Positions 25,335 through 38,679 of a DNA stretch of 64,000 bases are shown piece by piece. The notes below the pieces were generated by a model, which saw only the letters and a program-made list of their open reading frames with translations, was not told the origin of the DNA and made no database searches. The DNA comes from Octopus bimaculoides. Lineage: Eukaryota. Every line of letters begins with the position of its first letter. The stretch's first letter is position 1. The position numbers and the translations under genes were made by a program. Where the stretch lies: positions 70,011,286 to 70,075,285 of the forward strand of contig NC_068989.1 in assembly GCF_001194135.2 (NCBI RefSeq). The letters run 5' to 3'.

Positions 25335-26154
25335 NNNNNNNNNNNNNNNNNNNNNNNNNNNNNNNNNNNNNNNNNNNNNNNNNNNNNNNNNNNNNNNNNN
25401 NNNNNNNNNNNNNNNNNNNNNNNNNNNNNNNNNNNNNNNNNNNNNNNNNNNNNNNNNNNNNNNNNNNNNNNNNNNNNNNNNNNNNNNNNNNNNNNNNNNN
25501 NNNNNNNNNNNNNNNNNNNNNNNNNNNNNNNNNNNNNNNNNNNNNNNNNNNNNNNNNNNNNNNNNNNNNNNNNNNNNNNNNNNTATCATGGCTACTGAAT
25601 AAATGTCACATACTTTTACAGATAAATTCCTCTATTTACATAATATCGAGGTCTCTTTCTTTCTTTCTTTTGTTGTCCTTCCTATCTATATATCATCGTT
25701 TAACGTCCGCTTTCCATGCTAGCATGGGTTGGACGATTTGACTGAGGACTGGTGAAACCGGATGGCAACATCAGGCTCCAGTCTAATATATATATATATC
25801 TCAGTTGATAAACTGGAAAATAAGAATTCTTCACCATATTCCAAAATATTTGCTTCATCAATTGACCATCCTCAACTCCCTTTCCATTACATAAAACTGT
25901 TCTAATACATATGCGGGTTTGTTTGTTTAGAAAGAAAATAAGTATAAATTTTTAAAATGTCCAACTCAAAATTATCAACTAATTAAAAAAATTGATAATT
26001 ATTAAAAGAAAGATTTCAAAGAAAACATTTTGCATTACAATAAATTGTAAAGTATTTTGAGTGTATATTTTTTTTGAAATTTATTGTGTTTCTAAACTTG
26101 AAAGAAAATTACTACTTTTTTTCTTTTTTCTTTTTTTGTGTATGTATTATACAG

Positions 26155-26287
26155 AACTATTCTTATCACATGAGGATACTGAAAAATTACATGCCTTTGA
26201 AGAAGAGAATGTTGAAGATTACTTTAGAGAGAAAGACAGCAAATTTCAATCTAGCACAGATGAACGTATTCGAGTAATAAGTGATAG
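26155..26287 (+). CDS. TRPM3: TRPM1/3-like channel exon (C-terminal rib helix)
   Basis: atacag acceptor, GAT AG|gtgagt donor (phase 1/2). (K)LFLSHEDTEKLHAFEEENVEDYFREKDSKFQSSTDERIRVISD(R) matches TRPM3 KLF....K.H.FEE...E.YFREK....S.DERIRVT.ER. Confidence 0.95.
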
Positions 26288-27601
26288 GTGAGTGGTATTT
26301 TAACTATGCGTTTTTGGGTGGAAGAAATTTTTTTTTTAAATCGAAGTACATGATCATCACACCATCATCACCACCATTACCACCACCACCATCATCATAT
26401 CTCCTTTCTATGCTGGCATGAGTTGGATAGGTTGTCTTGGTTCGAGTCAGTCTCCTATTGGAAGCTTACTGCTCCTTAAGTTCAAGTGCTCATACACAAC
26501 ATTTGGTTTGATTTCTATGGTTGGATCCACTTTCTAATACCACCCACTTTACAGAGTGTACTGGGTTCATTTTTGTCATTGCACTAATGCTAGAGAGGTT
26601 CACCAGTTCTTGGTGAGACAGGACTAGAGGGACCTCTCATAACCCTATACTTTCTCTAGTCCTACAGCCATACTTTTCTGAGAAAAACCTACATTGTCAT
26701 CATCATTTAAAGTCCATATTCCATGCGTATGTGTTTGTGTCTTTCCATTTTCCTGACATTGTTTGCACATTATGTACACTATGTCATTGCTTGAGTCTGC
26801 GACAAAAGGCATGTCTAGCTGTCTGGGCACTATGCGAAAAAGCAACAGTGTTTTTGTTTACATCTGTCCCAAAAACAGGTTGAGTCATCAAGTTGCTTGT
26901 CATTTGAAAGCCAAGCCCAAGGGAAATAGCCACCCCTGGGTTGCTACTGGAAACAATGAGGGTTGGTGACAGGAAGAGCATCAAGTTATAAAAAAAGACT
27001 TCCCCTAACAAATCTAATCTGACCTATTCTAGCATGGAAAAAGTGGGCCTTAAAATTGATGATGGTAGTGGTAGTGGTTATCAATGTTGTTGTCATCGCC
27101 ATTTCAAAAATAATAATAATGATGATGATGAATTCTCCCATCAAAGACGACGTATGAGTGATAAGCTTTTGCTGAATGACATGCACAAAATGATTTGTTT
27201 GTAGTGATCAAATGTTCATGTCACACATTAGATCACTCGCTCCATCAAATTGACATTGTCTGAACAGGTGCACTGTGAGCCACACGTCAGATGTTGAAGT
27301 GATCGCAGAGCAATGTGAGATGAAGTGTTTTGCTCAAGAACACAACACGCCACCCAGTCTAGGAACTGAAACCACGGTTTAGCGATCATGAGTGCAACAC
27401 CCTAACCACTAAGCCATTCGCCCTCACATAATAATAATAATAACGATAATAATTCTTGCTACTAAAAGTACAAGGTCTGAAATTTTGATAGGAGGAGACT
27501 AGTTGATTACATCAACCCCAGTATTTCACTGGTACTTAATTTATTGACCCCGAAAGGATAAAAGGCTAAGTTAACCTCGGCGGAAATATAATAATAATAA
27601 T

Positions 27602-28095
27602 AGTACCAGGAGGTGGCTCTCATGGCATTTGATCTTAACTGATTGGAAGTGTTATCATGTACGTGTTTTATCTTGGTATAAAAAAGATGGCCTTACAGCA
27701 AATATTTTGCTCAGTACCACAGATTTGCCTGGCCTTAATCAGTTGAGTATGTCCCTTAGTGGCTGACAATATGTGCATCTCTGATCACGAGCAGAAGTAG
27801 TGGGGGAGCATCATAGCCATGTGTTGAGAGGAATTCTTTGGGGTTTGAATAATTCACCCCTGGAAACACAGGTGTTTCATTTATCATCCTTAAACAAACC
27901 TTATTCAGGAACCTTTTGAGCAGGATGGGCTACTTGATGTGAAGAAAATTGTAACTGGGCCCCACCTGCAAGGTCATGTGCACATATGGTTGTGATGCAT
28001 GTGCCTGGTGTACCCTTATCAGACAGGTAGTCATGATGGGTATACTGGGCTTCATATGTTTGTACCCCATTGTCACTTTGATGTCATAAACTGCT
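27602..28095. repeat. Dispersed repeat of unknown class just upstream of the terminal exon
   Basis: accacagatttg...gtcccttagtgg...tgtgcatctctgatca...gtagtggggga...tttggggtttgaata has a reverse partial copy at ~35500-35720. Confidence 0.65.
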
Positions 28096-28168
28096 CTCTC
28101 ACTCATTGATAATAATGTTTTTCCTCTCAGATAAATCAGAAATTAATTTTTATTATTTTATTTTGCAG

Positions 28169-29654
28169 GGTTGATAATATCACAACACGCATGGAAGACA
28201 TGTATACCAAAGAGAATGCAATAAAACTGTCTCACCAAACTATTGATTATAGATTAAGTAGGTTAGAAGAAATTGCTGCCCAGATGGGTGACTCTCTTGC
28301 TGTTATAGAGGAAGTTATAACAACCGAGCGGAATCCAGTCTTCTCTGATGCAGACACAAACATAGACTATACCAGTGATGAATCTCTTCAACCAACGGAA
28401 GATAACAGTAGTCCAAAAACCACTTACCCTCAGAAAGATCAACTCGCAGCACCTTCATTATTTAGACCGAGTTTATCTAAAAGAGGTAGTGTTTCAAATC
28501 GTATGTGTAGACTTTCTGATCATCGACCATCATTGCTAAGCAAAAGAAGCCCATCTATTGGTTTAAAACGTTCTTGGAGTCTTTGTAGCCGTAGCCCTAA
28601 ATTTGCCAACACCAGTCCTTTACAAATGAAACGGCCGTCTCTTTTCCAGTTTCATGACGCCATGCAGAAAGCAGCTTTGCAGAACCATGATATAGATGCT
28701 ACAGATGAATCTAGTTCTAATGCAAACATGTCAAAATTACAGAAACGGCGTAACGTCACTGCAAACCTACATGTCAACTTACGGCCGGAAGAAGTCCAAG
28801 AGGACTGTTTTAATTCCAATAACTCTCCTCCAAATGTATCACCAACATCATGTAATGCTCCTTCAGTGAAATTCAATGAAGCATTACCAGAGAAAAGTGT
28901 TTACAGCACTGCTCCCATTGAGTCTGATACTCGCACTGCTACCTTAGTTCCTGGCAAAACTATGACTCTTGATCTCTTGAAGCCAAAAGATACTCAATTT
29001 AATCGTGATGCTGAAAGCCAATCTGGTGCTATCATTGGTCACACACCAGTTTCCCCTCTTGACACCCCAAATTCGCCATCGAGTAGTGTTACGTTCGGTT
29101 GCTTCAGTGTGTATGAGAAATACCAAGCAGGGACCTCCGCCGGCCAAATGCCATCTCTTTTAACTTCTTTGAATCCAGAATATACAACCATTACAGATGA
29201 TATCGATACGTCATACTTAATGGAAACGTCTAGTCCCGCAACAAGTAGTATATTTTTTTCCGATCAAGATGAGAAATATTTCTGGAACAATGAAGAAAAA
29301 GCGTTGAAACAAGCAGAAGAAGTCGAACACCATCGAATGGAACGGGTCATTCGCAACCGGTTGCGTCAGATTTCACTTGATGATACCGATAGCATTAGTG
29401 ACATTGCCAAAATTGTGGTCTCTGAAATGGAAGGTAACCAAAAGCACACACCACCTGATGCAGTTGTGGATGTCGACGAAGAGGATATAACACTTGTAAA
29501 CAGACCTGCATGTATACCGCAGGTCACGGTAGAGAATAAAGACTTTAAAAGCTCTTCTGTTGATAGATCCTTAAAAAATATCGAAATCAAAGTCATTCGT
29601 GCATCCATTGACAAAGGCAGTAGCTGCGACAGTGATCGAGACCCACAATGTTAA
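28169..29654 (+). CDS. TRPM3: TRPM1/3-like channel terminal exon (tetramerisation coiled coil + long low-complexity tail, TAA stop)
   Basis: ttgcag acceptor, phase 2, joins in frame to the 487-aa ORF at 28191-29654. VDNITTRMEDMYTKENAIKLSHQTIDYRLSRLEE is the TRPM coiled coil; EYTTITDDIDT resembles the TRPM3 tail motif EYTSITDCIDT. Confidence 0.93.
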
Positions 29655-29718
29655 TTATTCACTGTTTTAGGTGAGGCTTCGTTATTTTACATGTATTATT
29701 AAAATGTATCTATTTGTC

Positions 29719-29732
29719 ATTAAACAAATAAA
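29719..29732 (+). promoter_or_regulatory. Candidate polyadenylation signals (ATTAAA 29719-29724, AATAAA 29727-29732)
   Basis: Hexamers 65-78 nt after the stop, followed by a U/GU-rich tract (gttttttt...gtatctttattgtg). Actual use unverified; the UTR could be longer. Confidence 0.4.
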
Positions 29733-29836
29733 AACAAAATTACAGATTACAAGTTTTTTTTTTTTTGTATCTTTATTGTGGGAAAAAATGGAAACATCTG
29801 CTTTCTACTGTTAACTTCTTTGAAAAAATATAATTA

Positions 29837-30820
29837 TGAGGTGGTATTAAAAAGTTCCCAGACTACTCTTTACTCTTTTCAGTCATTTGACTGTGGCCAT
29901 GCTGGAGCACCGCCTTTAGTTGAGCAAATCGACCCCAGAACTTATTCTTTGTAAGCCTAGTACTTATTCTATCCGTCTCTTTTGCCGAACCGCTAAGTTA
30001 CGGGGACCTCTACACACCAGCATTGGTTAATTAACTTATTTATCTAAGTTTTAATATCATCTTCAAAATAGTCATCTTGCACAGCAATACACCAGCCCTA
30101 TCATTCCTGCCATTTTTGGAATTCAGCCTGGAAGTTGTTTTCTGTAAGCGAGTCAAGGACATTCTGCAATTCGCTCTTAATCTTAATAACAGTGTTAAAA
30201 CAGCAGGTGAATAGGGCAGGTGCAGAAGCAATATCTTGTTGTTTTTGACAAGAAACTCCTGAGTGAGGAGAGCTCAATGACAGAGTGCATTGTCATCGTG
30301 AAGAATCCAATTCTTCACGCTCCACAGATCCTGTCACTTTTGTTGAATGTCCTCCCTCAAACGCTTCAAAACATCATTGATTGTCCTCCGACAATCCTCA
30401 TGCATAAGCTGATGAATTTTGTCAACATTTCCAGGGGTGATGCTCATGGCCAATCTTCCAGATCGCTCATCATCTTTCGGAGATGTTCTTCCGATTTTGA
30501 AGCTCCCTTGCCACTTGAAACATTGCATATAACCCATTACCTTGTCACTGTAAGCTTGTCAAAGTATGCTCAATGTCTCTGTAGCAGACTTCCCAAGTTT
30601 AATGCAAAATTTCATATTGGCTCTTTCTTCCAACTTCTTGTCCATGACAAAAATCACAGACTACAGCTTATACGTGATCACAAAAACACAAATTTCACAA
30701 CTTGTGAAATAAACACAGTAATGTTACTCAGCACACTGCCTCATGAAGGTTACTGCTAGCTTTCACCGTGCAAGCAACTGTGTGCTGCCATCTGTTTGGG
30801 CACTTTTTGATACCACCTCA
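29837..30820 (-). mobile_element. Internally deleted mariner (DD34D-type) transposon
   Basis: TIRs tgaggtggtattaaaaagt / actttttgataccacctca with TA TSDs (29835-36, 30821-22). Minus-strand relics QCFKWQGSFKIGRTSPKDDERSGR...HEDCRRTI (HTH), LKRLREDI...WILHDDNA...HLPYSP, and WCIAVQDDYFE. Confidence 0.93.
29870..30030 (+). repeat. SINE-like family E copy inserted in the mariner
   Basis: tttcagtcatttgactgtggccatgctggagcaccgcc...cttattctttgtaagcctagtacttattctatc...gccgaaccgctaagttacgggg; other copies near 34310-34535(-), 58010-58200, 60160-60310(-) and 63755-63960. Confidence 0.8.
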
Positions 30821-33800
30821 TACAAGCAACGGGATAAAGGTGACGAGTAGAGGAAAGGAAAAAGTAAGGAATGCACGGTGCTGGCTAGAAAGGAAGGAAG
30901 GATAAAGGTGACAAATAAAATAGAGTGGTGACATTTAGTAGAGATGACCCAGAAGTTGTTCCTCTTCGATTACTATTGCAAACAGCAGTAGCTTTCTTCA
31001 ACCGAATACGTCATTGATTGGTTGAAATTACCCAAATTATAACACGAAATAACTTCTAAAATAGGAAATTTTGTCAAAAACGTTCAGAGTAAACCATGTT
31101 CTACGTGAGAAATTCTACCAGTATTTGAAGTTTCAAACTGTTTAGTTAAAAAAAAAAATTAAGAAATCTGTGATTGAGATGGAATAGATCCTGTTTTTGT
31201 TCTGATGGGTTTCCAACAACCTTTCACAATCCTCTTCACTAAGTTTGCTTGGTGAAGAAGGAACCAGTCTAGTTATCACTGACCTACCCATACAACCGGT
31301 TGTACCAGACTACATGTTACTAGCAACACTCCTTGGTAATATACTCCTCTTTTGTACATAAACGCGTATTGAGGTCTTGGTCATGTACAAAGGCAGAACA
31401 AGCACACGAAAATATATTTTAGCCTGAACTTTACATTTTGTTGTACACTGTGTGCTGTTAGAGCATAGCAGAAGCATTTTCATGTGATTGTGTCGCTGAT
31501 CACAAGTCTACATTGCTTCATACTTCATGTTTATTACTTGTAATTTTCAAATTTTCAGCTCAACTACCATCTTCTCTCACTCAAAGAAATATTGCTGATT
31601 TTGTTGTTGTTTAAAAATGTAACAATATTTACCTATCATATTTTCTGGCATGCAAGTCAAATTTTTCAGACCAAAGCTTACAACCAAAAAAGTTACGTTG
31701 ATTTATAGACCAAAACGATTTTTAAAGAACTAAAATCCCATGTGAAATTCAAACACCATCGCTAATGATAAAATAGTGATGATGTTTATATGACATGTTT
31801 TCACTATATTGTGTTACATCAACTTGTATGCCAGAAAATACAGAATAACATCAAAACTATCAATATGCATTGGTCTATTACAGCATTTTTTCCTTTTGTT
31901 CAGATAGTATAATTATCATTATAACTACAGTTTAGTTTGCTCTCTCATAACTTTCTTAATAATGTATATTTTTTTAATGAAATTTTGTAGATTATGATCA
32001 TGTTGATGAAATTAGAAAATTTGGCAGTTCTTTTTTTCTTCAGATGAAAAGAAGTCCACATGTTTTTTAAAACCAGTCAGTTACTTCCTAGTGATCATTT
32101 CAGTACATTAATATTTTTTTAATCTATGACACCATCTTGGTCAATATTATTCATTATCAACTTAAACTTGAAAGGTATCATGAAAAAGAACTTCTCATTT
32201 ATGTTTAACCTATAATAATACCAGTTGAAAGTGTTTTACAATGATTTCCATAAATGTGTCCCGTACCTCTTATTGAATGGTTATAGAATAAAATTCCATC
32301 AACATAATCATAGTCTATTGAAAAGTATTTTACTTTTAAGCACAGGTAGGGGTGAGTTCTAAGAAGACTTTACAATCAGTTGGTTTCAAGTTCAGCCCTA
32401 TAGCATGTCCCCTTCAGTGTCTTCTAATAACTCCAGGCCAATCAATGCCTTGTGAGTGAATTTGGTACATGGAAACCATGTCACTTATTAATACACACAC
32501 ACACACAAACATATAGGTGCAAGTATAACTGTATGGTAGCAAATTTACTTTCCAATCACAGGGTTTTGGGTTCAGTTCCACTGCATAGCACCTCGGGCAA
32601 GTGTCCTCTGCTACAGCCCCAGGCTGACCAATGGCTTGTGTGTGGATCTGGTTGGTGGAGACTGAAAGAAATGTGTGTGTGTGTGTTACTGTCTCCTTGC
32701 TTTGACATTGCATAGTAGTTGTAAATGAGTGCCACTGTCATACAAGTGGTGTCCTTTGTTTCCAACCTTCCATAAAAAAAAACATGTCTGGTCATAGGGA
32801 AATATTACCTTTCTTGGAAACAGATGAGGGTTGACAATTCACTTGCTCAAGGTGATGGACATTGGGACTGAACCCCACACCACATGGTTGGGAAGTAGTG
32901 TGTGTGTGGAGCAGAAAAACATGAATTTCACATATAGATCATACAATTCACACAAAGTATGAAATTTATGCTTTTCCCTTTTTATGCTAAATATGTGACT
33001 TAAAAACCACTTTAGCTGATTATATACATACATGCAAGTTGGTTCCACTTTGATTTACTCCATTGTAACAAACACATTGAAGTTTAACAACTTGCTATTC
33101 ATTGAACTCTTAGCTCTTAATTACTGTGGATTTATTCTTAGATGCAGTGCAGATTTACCTTGTGTAAAGGTTCTTTGCATAGTTACATTTAATGTTTTCA
33201 CTATGGACACGTTCACAAGCCCTTGTATGTTCTTCCTTGGCTGCATTTTCATGCTGTATTATCCATTGAGATGATTTAGAAACAGTATCTTCTCTTTCAT
33301 CTTGCCATGTCATTTTTCCATCCATCAGTTAGTGTGGATGATCTTTATACATCAATTTTCTATATGGAAATATCTGTGAGTGTATATACATACATCATCA
33401 TCATCCTTTAATGTCCGTCATTTTCCATACTGATATGAGTTGGACCGTTTGACCAGAGCTGGCAAGCAGGAGGGCTGCCCGAGGTTCCAGTCTGATTTAG
33501 TTTGGTTTCTACAGCTGGGTGCACTTCCTAGCACCAACCACTTTACAGAGTGTGTTGGGTGTTTTTACATGGCACTAGCACAGGTCTCTTGCAGGCCTAC
33601 CCCCTTTAGCAGGGAGAGCAGCATTATCACTTCTGTTGTGGAGGACAAATCTTCTTGAGTACTGCAAGGGTGAAAGCTCATAAGCGCAGGAGTGGTTGTG
33701 TGGTAAGAAGCTTGCTTCCCAACCACATGGCACCTTGGGCAAGTGCCTTCTATTATAGCCTCGGACCGACCAAAGCCTTGTGAGTGGATTTGGTAGACGG

Positions 33801-34537
33801 AAACTGAAAGACAGTCATATATATATATATATATATATATATCGAAACGTAAAACCACCTTTCTTTCCTTCTCTGAGCATCTGCTAATACTTTACATGTA
33901 CCACGTCCTCGCGTTGTTATTTTTTTCATATATATATTATGTATAGCTATAATATAATGAAGGATGAGAACTTACCCTATATTTTCCGAAGGTGGCGAGA
34001 TAAACGTTTGTCAACGACCGTTTGGCAGAAATGAAATAACGTTGGTATGAATAACCAAATATATATATACAGGAAGTTAGCATAGTATGAGACAGGTAAC
34101 CTCGTTCACTTCCTGTTAAAAAGGAGAGTGGGGAAGACAGCGGGAGCTTGGCGCGGATAGAACCAGAACGAGAGACAGAGCTGCTTACGGGTCGGACCGT
34201 TCACCACCTACCTTGAAACAATTGAGACTGGACATAATCTCCATATATGAACACTTTGTTGTTGCGATCAGAAGTTTACGCCTTTTTCTTACATTATAAT
34301 TTGTCTGATCGTAACAATGTACATGCATGTATTTGTGTGTCTGTCTTTGGCCCCCCACCCCAAAAAAAAACATCGCTTGACAATTGATGCTGGTGTGTTT
34401 ACATCCCTGTAATTTAGCAGTTTGGCGAAAGAGACCGATAGAATAAGTATTAGGCTTACGAATAATAAGTCCTTGTTCAACTAAAGGTGGTGCTCCAGCA
34501 TGGCCACGGTCAAATGACTGAAACAAGTAAAAGAGTA

Positions 34538-34568
<31 letters not shown>

Positions 34569-37500
34569 TTCCTTGTTTCTTTCATTAAACGCTGGCCATG
34601 CTGGGGCACGTCTGCGTAGGACACTCCACACATACCTCAAGTGATAATTAAATATATCTATCATGCTTTGTTCTTTGTGTGTTTTTCTGTTTGTTTTTTT
34701 TTAATTTTCACGCGCGCGTGCACACACACTGTGTGTCTGCAGAAAACTTCCAATTAAATAAGCCCAATTGTTGTCTTTACCAAGATAAAAACAAAAAGCA
34801 ATACAGAATCTTGATACATTATCATTTATTTCGATATATTATTTTTCTGCATGGAAAGACAAAGAAAAGAAGATATCAGATACATATAGAGAACATGTAT
34901 TATATATATAATGTATCTCTATAGATGTATATCATTTTATAAGATATAACATTAAATTAAGCTGTTAATATGGAGTGTCGAGAAAAATAAACGCTATTAT
35001 TTTTATCTCTGAACAACAATGCACTTTTACTATAAGCTGACACTTATACAACGTTTGTGAGAAATTCAATTAAGTCAGAATATTTCATCGGTAAATCTTG
35101 AGAGATTTATAAATATGACATGCTATTTCTGATATCAATCCAATATAGCAACTATGCAATATGATGTTATGAAAAATTACTCAATTATCCAGACTTGCTA
35201 GTTAACAGTCTGGTGTACAAAATGCATGTTTCTTATTACTTTAACTTTGACATGTATTTCTGCTGTTCGATTCTGTCAACCCCTCAACTTCAGGTTTGCT
35301 TATTTCTTTACACAAAGTGTCCGCACGTTAAATGTAATTTATAATCGCATGTTCCACTCTTTATGCTTAAGATTATGTCAAAAGAACATCTCACAGCAAA
35401 ACACCAGGCTAGGTTCCAAAATAGTAATTACGCTGTGTAACACGATTTTCTTCCTCGGGTAGCAACTGTTATTTCCTATTTGCTTACTCCTAGAAATGGT
35501 TAATATTGCCTTCAAACTTTGCTTTTGTTACATTTATTCAAACCCCAAAGAATCTTTCTCAACACATGTCTATGAGGCTCCCCCACTATTCCTGCTATGA
35601 TCAGAGATGCACATATTGTAAACCACTAAGGGACATGCTTAAGCAGCTATAGTCAAGGAACTGACAAGCAAATCTGTGGTATTGAGCAGAATACTTGCTA
35701 TAACAAAAAATTTCTGCTGCAGCATTGAATTTGTGTGAAATGTAATCGAAAATAGGTTAGTTTCAAAACATTGATGTCCAGATCCAAAATTTGAACGGAG
35801 TGCAAAAGTTTCTGCTACCATAACAAATGCTTCTGCATGTCACAGACATTTTTAGAGAGCAAAAAAAGCTTCTAGACTCGTTTAAAAAAAAAAAAATCTA
35901 CAAGACTGTCAACGAGTGCTAGTGAACCGGCGATCACGTCTACAAGTGATGGTGTGCGCAAGTTTAGTGTGAGTGAAAGTGATTTAAAAAGACAGTTATA
36001 ACAAGCGCACTCAGAGAGTGCAAAGCTCCACCAAGGCAACGCCACTGTCCTCTCAACAATTAGCCAGAGATGATTTTTAAAATGTGAATATCTGAAATAA
36101 ACTCGACTGCTCTAACAAACAAGAATACTAAAAGTGAACCCGGCTACTCTAAAAAACTAAGTAATAAAGACGGAAAAATAATCCAGAATCCTTGTCCGGT
36201 ACCTGAACGATCCCAATGGTAGTCATGGAATGTTAAGGTGGCTGGAGAAAATTTAGTAACAGTAATAAATAGTTTATCCTTATCTAATACAAACCAAAGT
36301 TAACAAATCCACCATTCAAAATAGTTACAGCCTAAAGAGAGATAAATGAGAAAGACTTGGAAGTTAACATAAGATCATAATCATGTAAAGTGAATTGAAT
36401 ATAACAAATAATCCAGAATCTTTGTCCGGTACCAGATCGATCCCAACATCTAATCAGTTTGTGCCAGTCACAAACTGACATGTGTAATTGTCATCTTGAC
36501 ACAGAGTAACTCGGACTCTTATCTATTGTGTCAATTTTTAAAGAAATATTGGGATATGATTTGATTAACATTTGGCTGCTATTTCTAGTCAGTCGAACGA
36601 CTTCATAGAGGCTGACTTATGTAACTGTCACCTTGTCAGTTTATAAGCAGGTGAGAAAGAAAAATAAAACATCACAGAATGGCTAATATTTTATCTCAAG
36701 GGAAAATAAATGTCCCTGTTTACGTAAACGATGATGAATTCGATGACATGACGGGAATTTTGGGTTTTGCTTTTTAAAATGGCTTCCTGTTTATGAAGCG
36801 CAATCTATTATTCATTATTTTTCTTGTTCTCAAAATATATAACATTGTTATAACAATTTTAAATGTAAAGAAGAAGACATTGCTGTTCTATTTGTCTATC
36901 GTAAGTAAAATAAACAAACAATAATATATATCAACAAAGAAATCTTTATCTATCTAAAGAGAAAACTCCAAATGCCAAAAGGGAGTTTTTAAATTGTTGT
37001 ACGATGATAGTATGTTATTTTCCCCTGAAATATGTATTGTCCTACCTACTGTCTCGTACATATGCTATTGCAAAATTGTGAAAGCATCACTCGCCGTAAC
37101 TTGAATCATAAATTTTCACTTCGATTAATATCGATATTTCGTTGTGAGAGCTGCTTCTCCAAACGATATGTCGTTTCTCTTTTTAAGTTCATTTTTTTTA
37201 AATTTTACTTTAATTTTTCAATTTTTTTTTTTTTTTTTTTTTTNNNNNNNNNNNNNNNNNNNATTTTTTAAAAATTTTACTTTAATTTTTCAATTTTTTT
37301 TTTTTTTTTTTTCATTTTATATTTTATTTCTCGACTTTTTTAGAGTGGTTGGGTCAATGAACGAGCTCGAACGCTGAGTGGATTATTAATAACTTATCTG
37401 CTTATTTTGCTGATAAGAAAAGATAAAAACTCTTTACTTCAATATTTGAAAACCAGTCTGAAACGTTTCGTAACATTTCGAACAACAATCTTTCTATCTT

Positions 37501-37886
37501 AGAACAAATGATATCTGTTGCATAAAGTTCTGTGAGGAGAGAGAGTCGACGAGAGAGACTAATTTGAAATAGAAATAAACTATTTGTTTTAATGTCTTGA
37601 AAGCTACAATTGTTTCATGATATAAAACCGTGGCTGCCAATCCCGACACCAATCTTTTCATGGAATCTCCAAATACAAGTTAACCAAACCAAAAAATGCC
37701 TGCTATTCGTGGAAGGTGGGAAAATGGTGTTTATTATGTAGGAGAAGTGGACATACACCATTCTGTGTATTCCAATTCCGTACATTAAATTTCTTAAGGA
37801 AGAAAACGGAACGCAGACTCTAAACTAAACAGCACAACAATATTTTATTACGGCAAAAATCCGCTCACACGAGGAGGGGATTTGGT

Positions 37887-38520
37887 GATAATGAACGAAG
37901 GGCATCAAAAACAGAACGTTGATATGCACGAACCAGATTAATTTTTTAAAAAACAGTACAGCCATGTAGATTAGCTGAAAAATCCTGCAGATTCCTAATG
38001 GAATAACGATCAGGCACCGTTACAGCATTAAGACGCCGATAGTCCCCCACCGGGCGAAAACCAGAATCACCTTTTCAGGCCGAGTTGAACCATGTGTTCA
38101 AACTCGGCCCTAGCCGTTTTGAGACGGTCCGGTGCCAGACGCCGTGGGCGCGAAAAAACAGGCGACCCAGTAGTCGTGATAAAATGGAGGGTGGAATGTG
38201 CGGGCTTAGCGGGAAAAGAAGCTAGAAGCGAATGAAAAACATCCCCAGCAGTGGCAATAAAAAACGCTGGGCTAAGAGTTGGGTAGGTAGAGCCCTTTGC
38301 TGGCGTGAAGAGAGATGTCGAACCGTCGACAAGCCTCCGACGCCGAACATCCACCAACAAGTTAAAATGATTTTAAAAATCCGCACCCAAAATAGAATGC
38401 GGGATGTCAGCTATGACAAAAACCCATTGAAAATCTCTGGTAAGACCAATGTCTAGTCGCAGAGAAAGCTGACCAAAAGTACGTATCAGGGAGGAATCAA
38501 TCGCGTGTAAAACAATAGAC
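37887..38520 (-). pseudogene. Gypsy pol relics (protease C-half, RT N-terminus, integrase scrap)
   Basis: IRTFGQLSLRLDIG...WVFVIADIPHSILGADF*; PVFSRPRRLAPDRLKTARAEFEHMVQLG; GDYRRLNAVTVPDRYSIRNLQDFSANLHGCTVF.KINLVRAY; VFDALRSLS. Large blocks between these pieces are missing. Confidence 0.85.
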
Positions 38521-38679
38521 GAATGCCTAGGTTTGTCAGTAATAAGGCGAAGAGGTCAAATACTACAGCACGACCATGAAGAACTTCTTCGACACCTGGT
38601 CTTTCACAAAAATTGTACGATAAGAAAAAAGTGTAGAGGAGGAAACTGATGTGCTCAATTCCTCCTGTGGACGTTTCCC

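Noticed and set aside
29640-29654. C-terminal DPQC as a prenylation or PDZ signal
   Set aside because: The Cys is terminal rather than at -4, so it is not CaaX; a PDZ role cannot be supported from sequence alone.
30220-30759. 179-aa plus-strand ORF
   Set aside because: It is the antisense shadow of the mariner transposase relic; likewise 28652-28876, 28944-29147 and 29366-29614 are antisense shadows of the TRPM terminal exon.
37185-37313. Tandem duplication around a short N gap
   Set aside because: Identical sequence on both sides of a scaffold gap indicates an overlap artefact; the same applies at 39671-39824 and 46020-46111.
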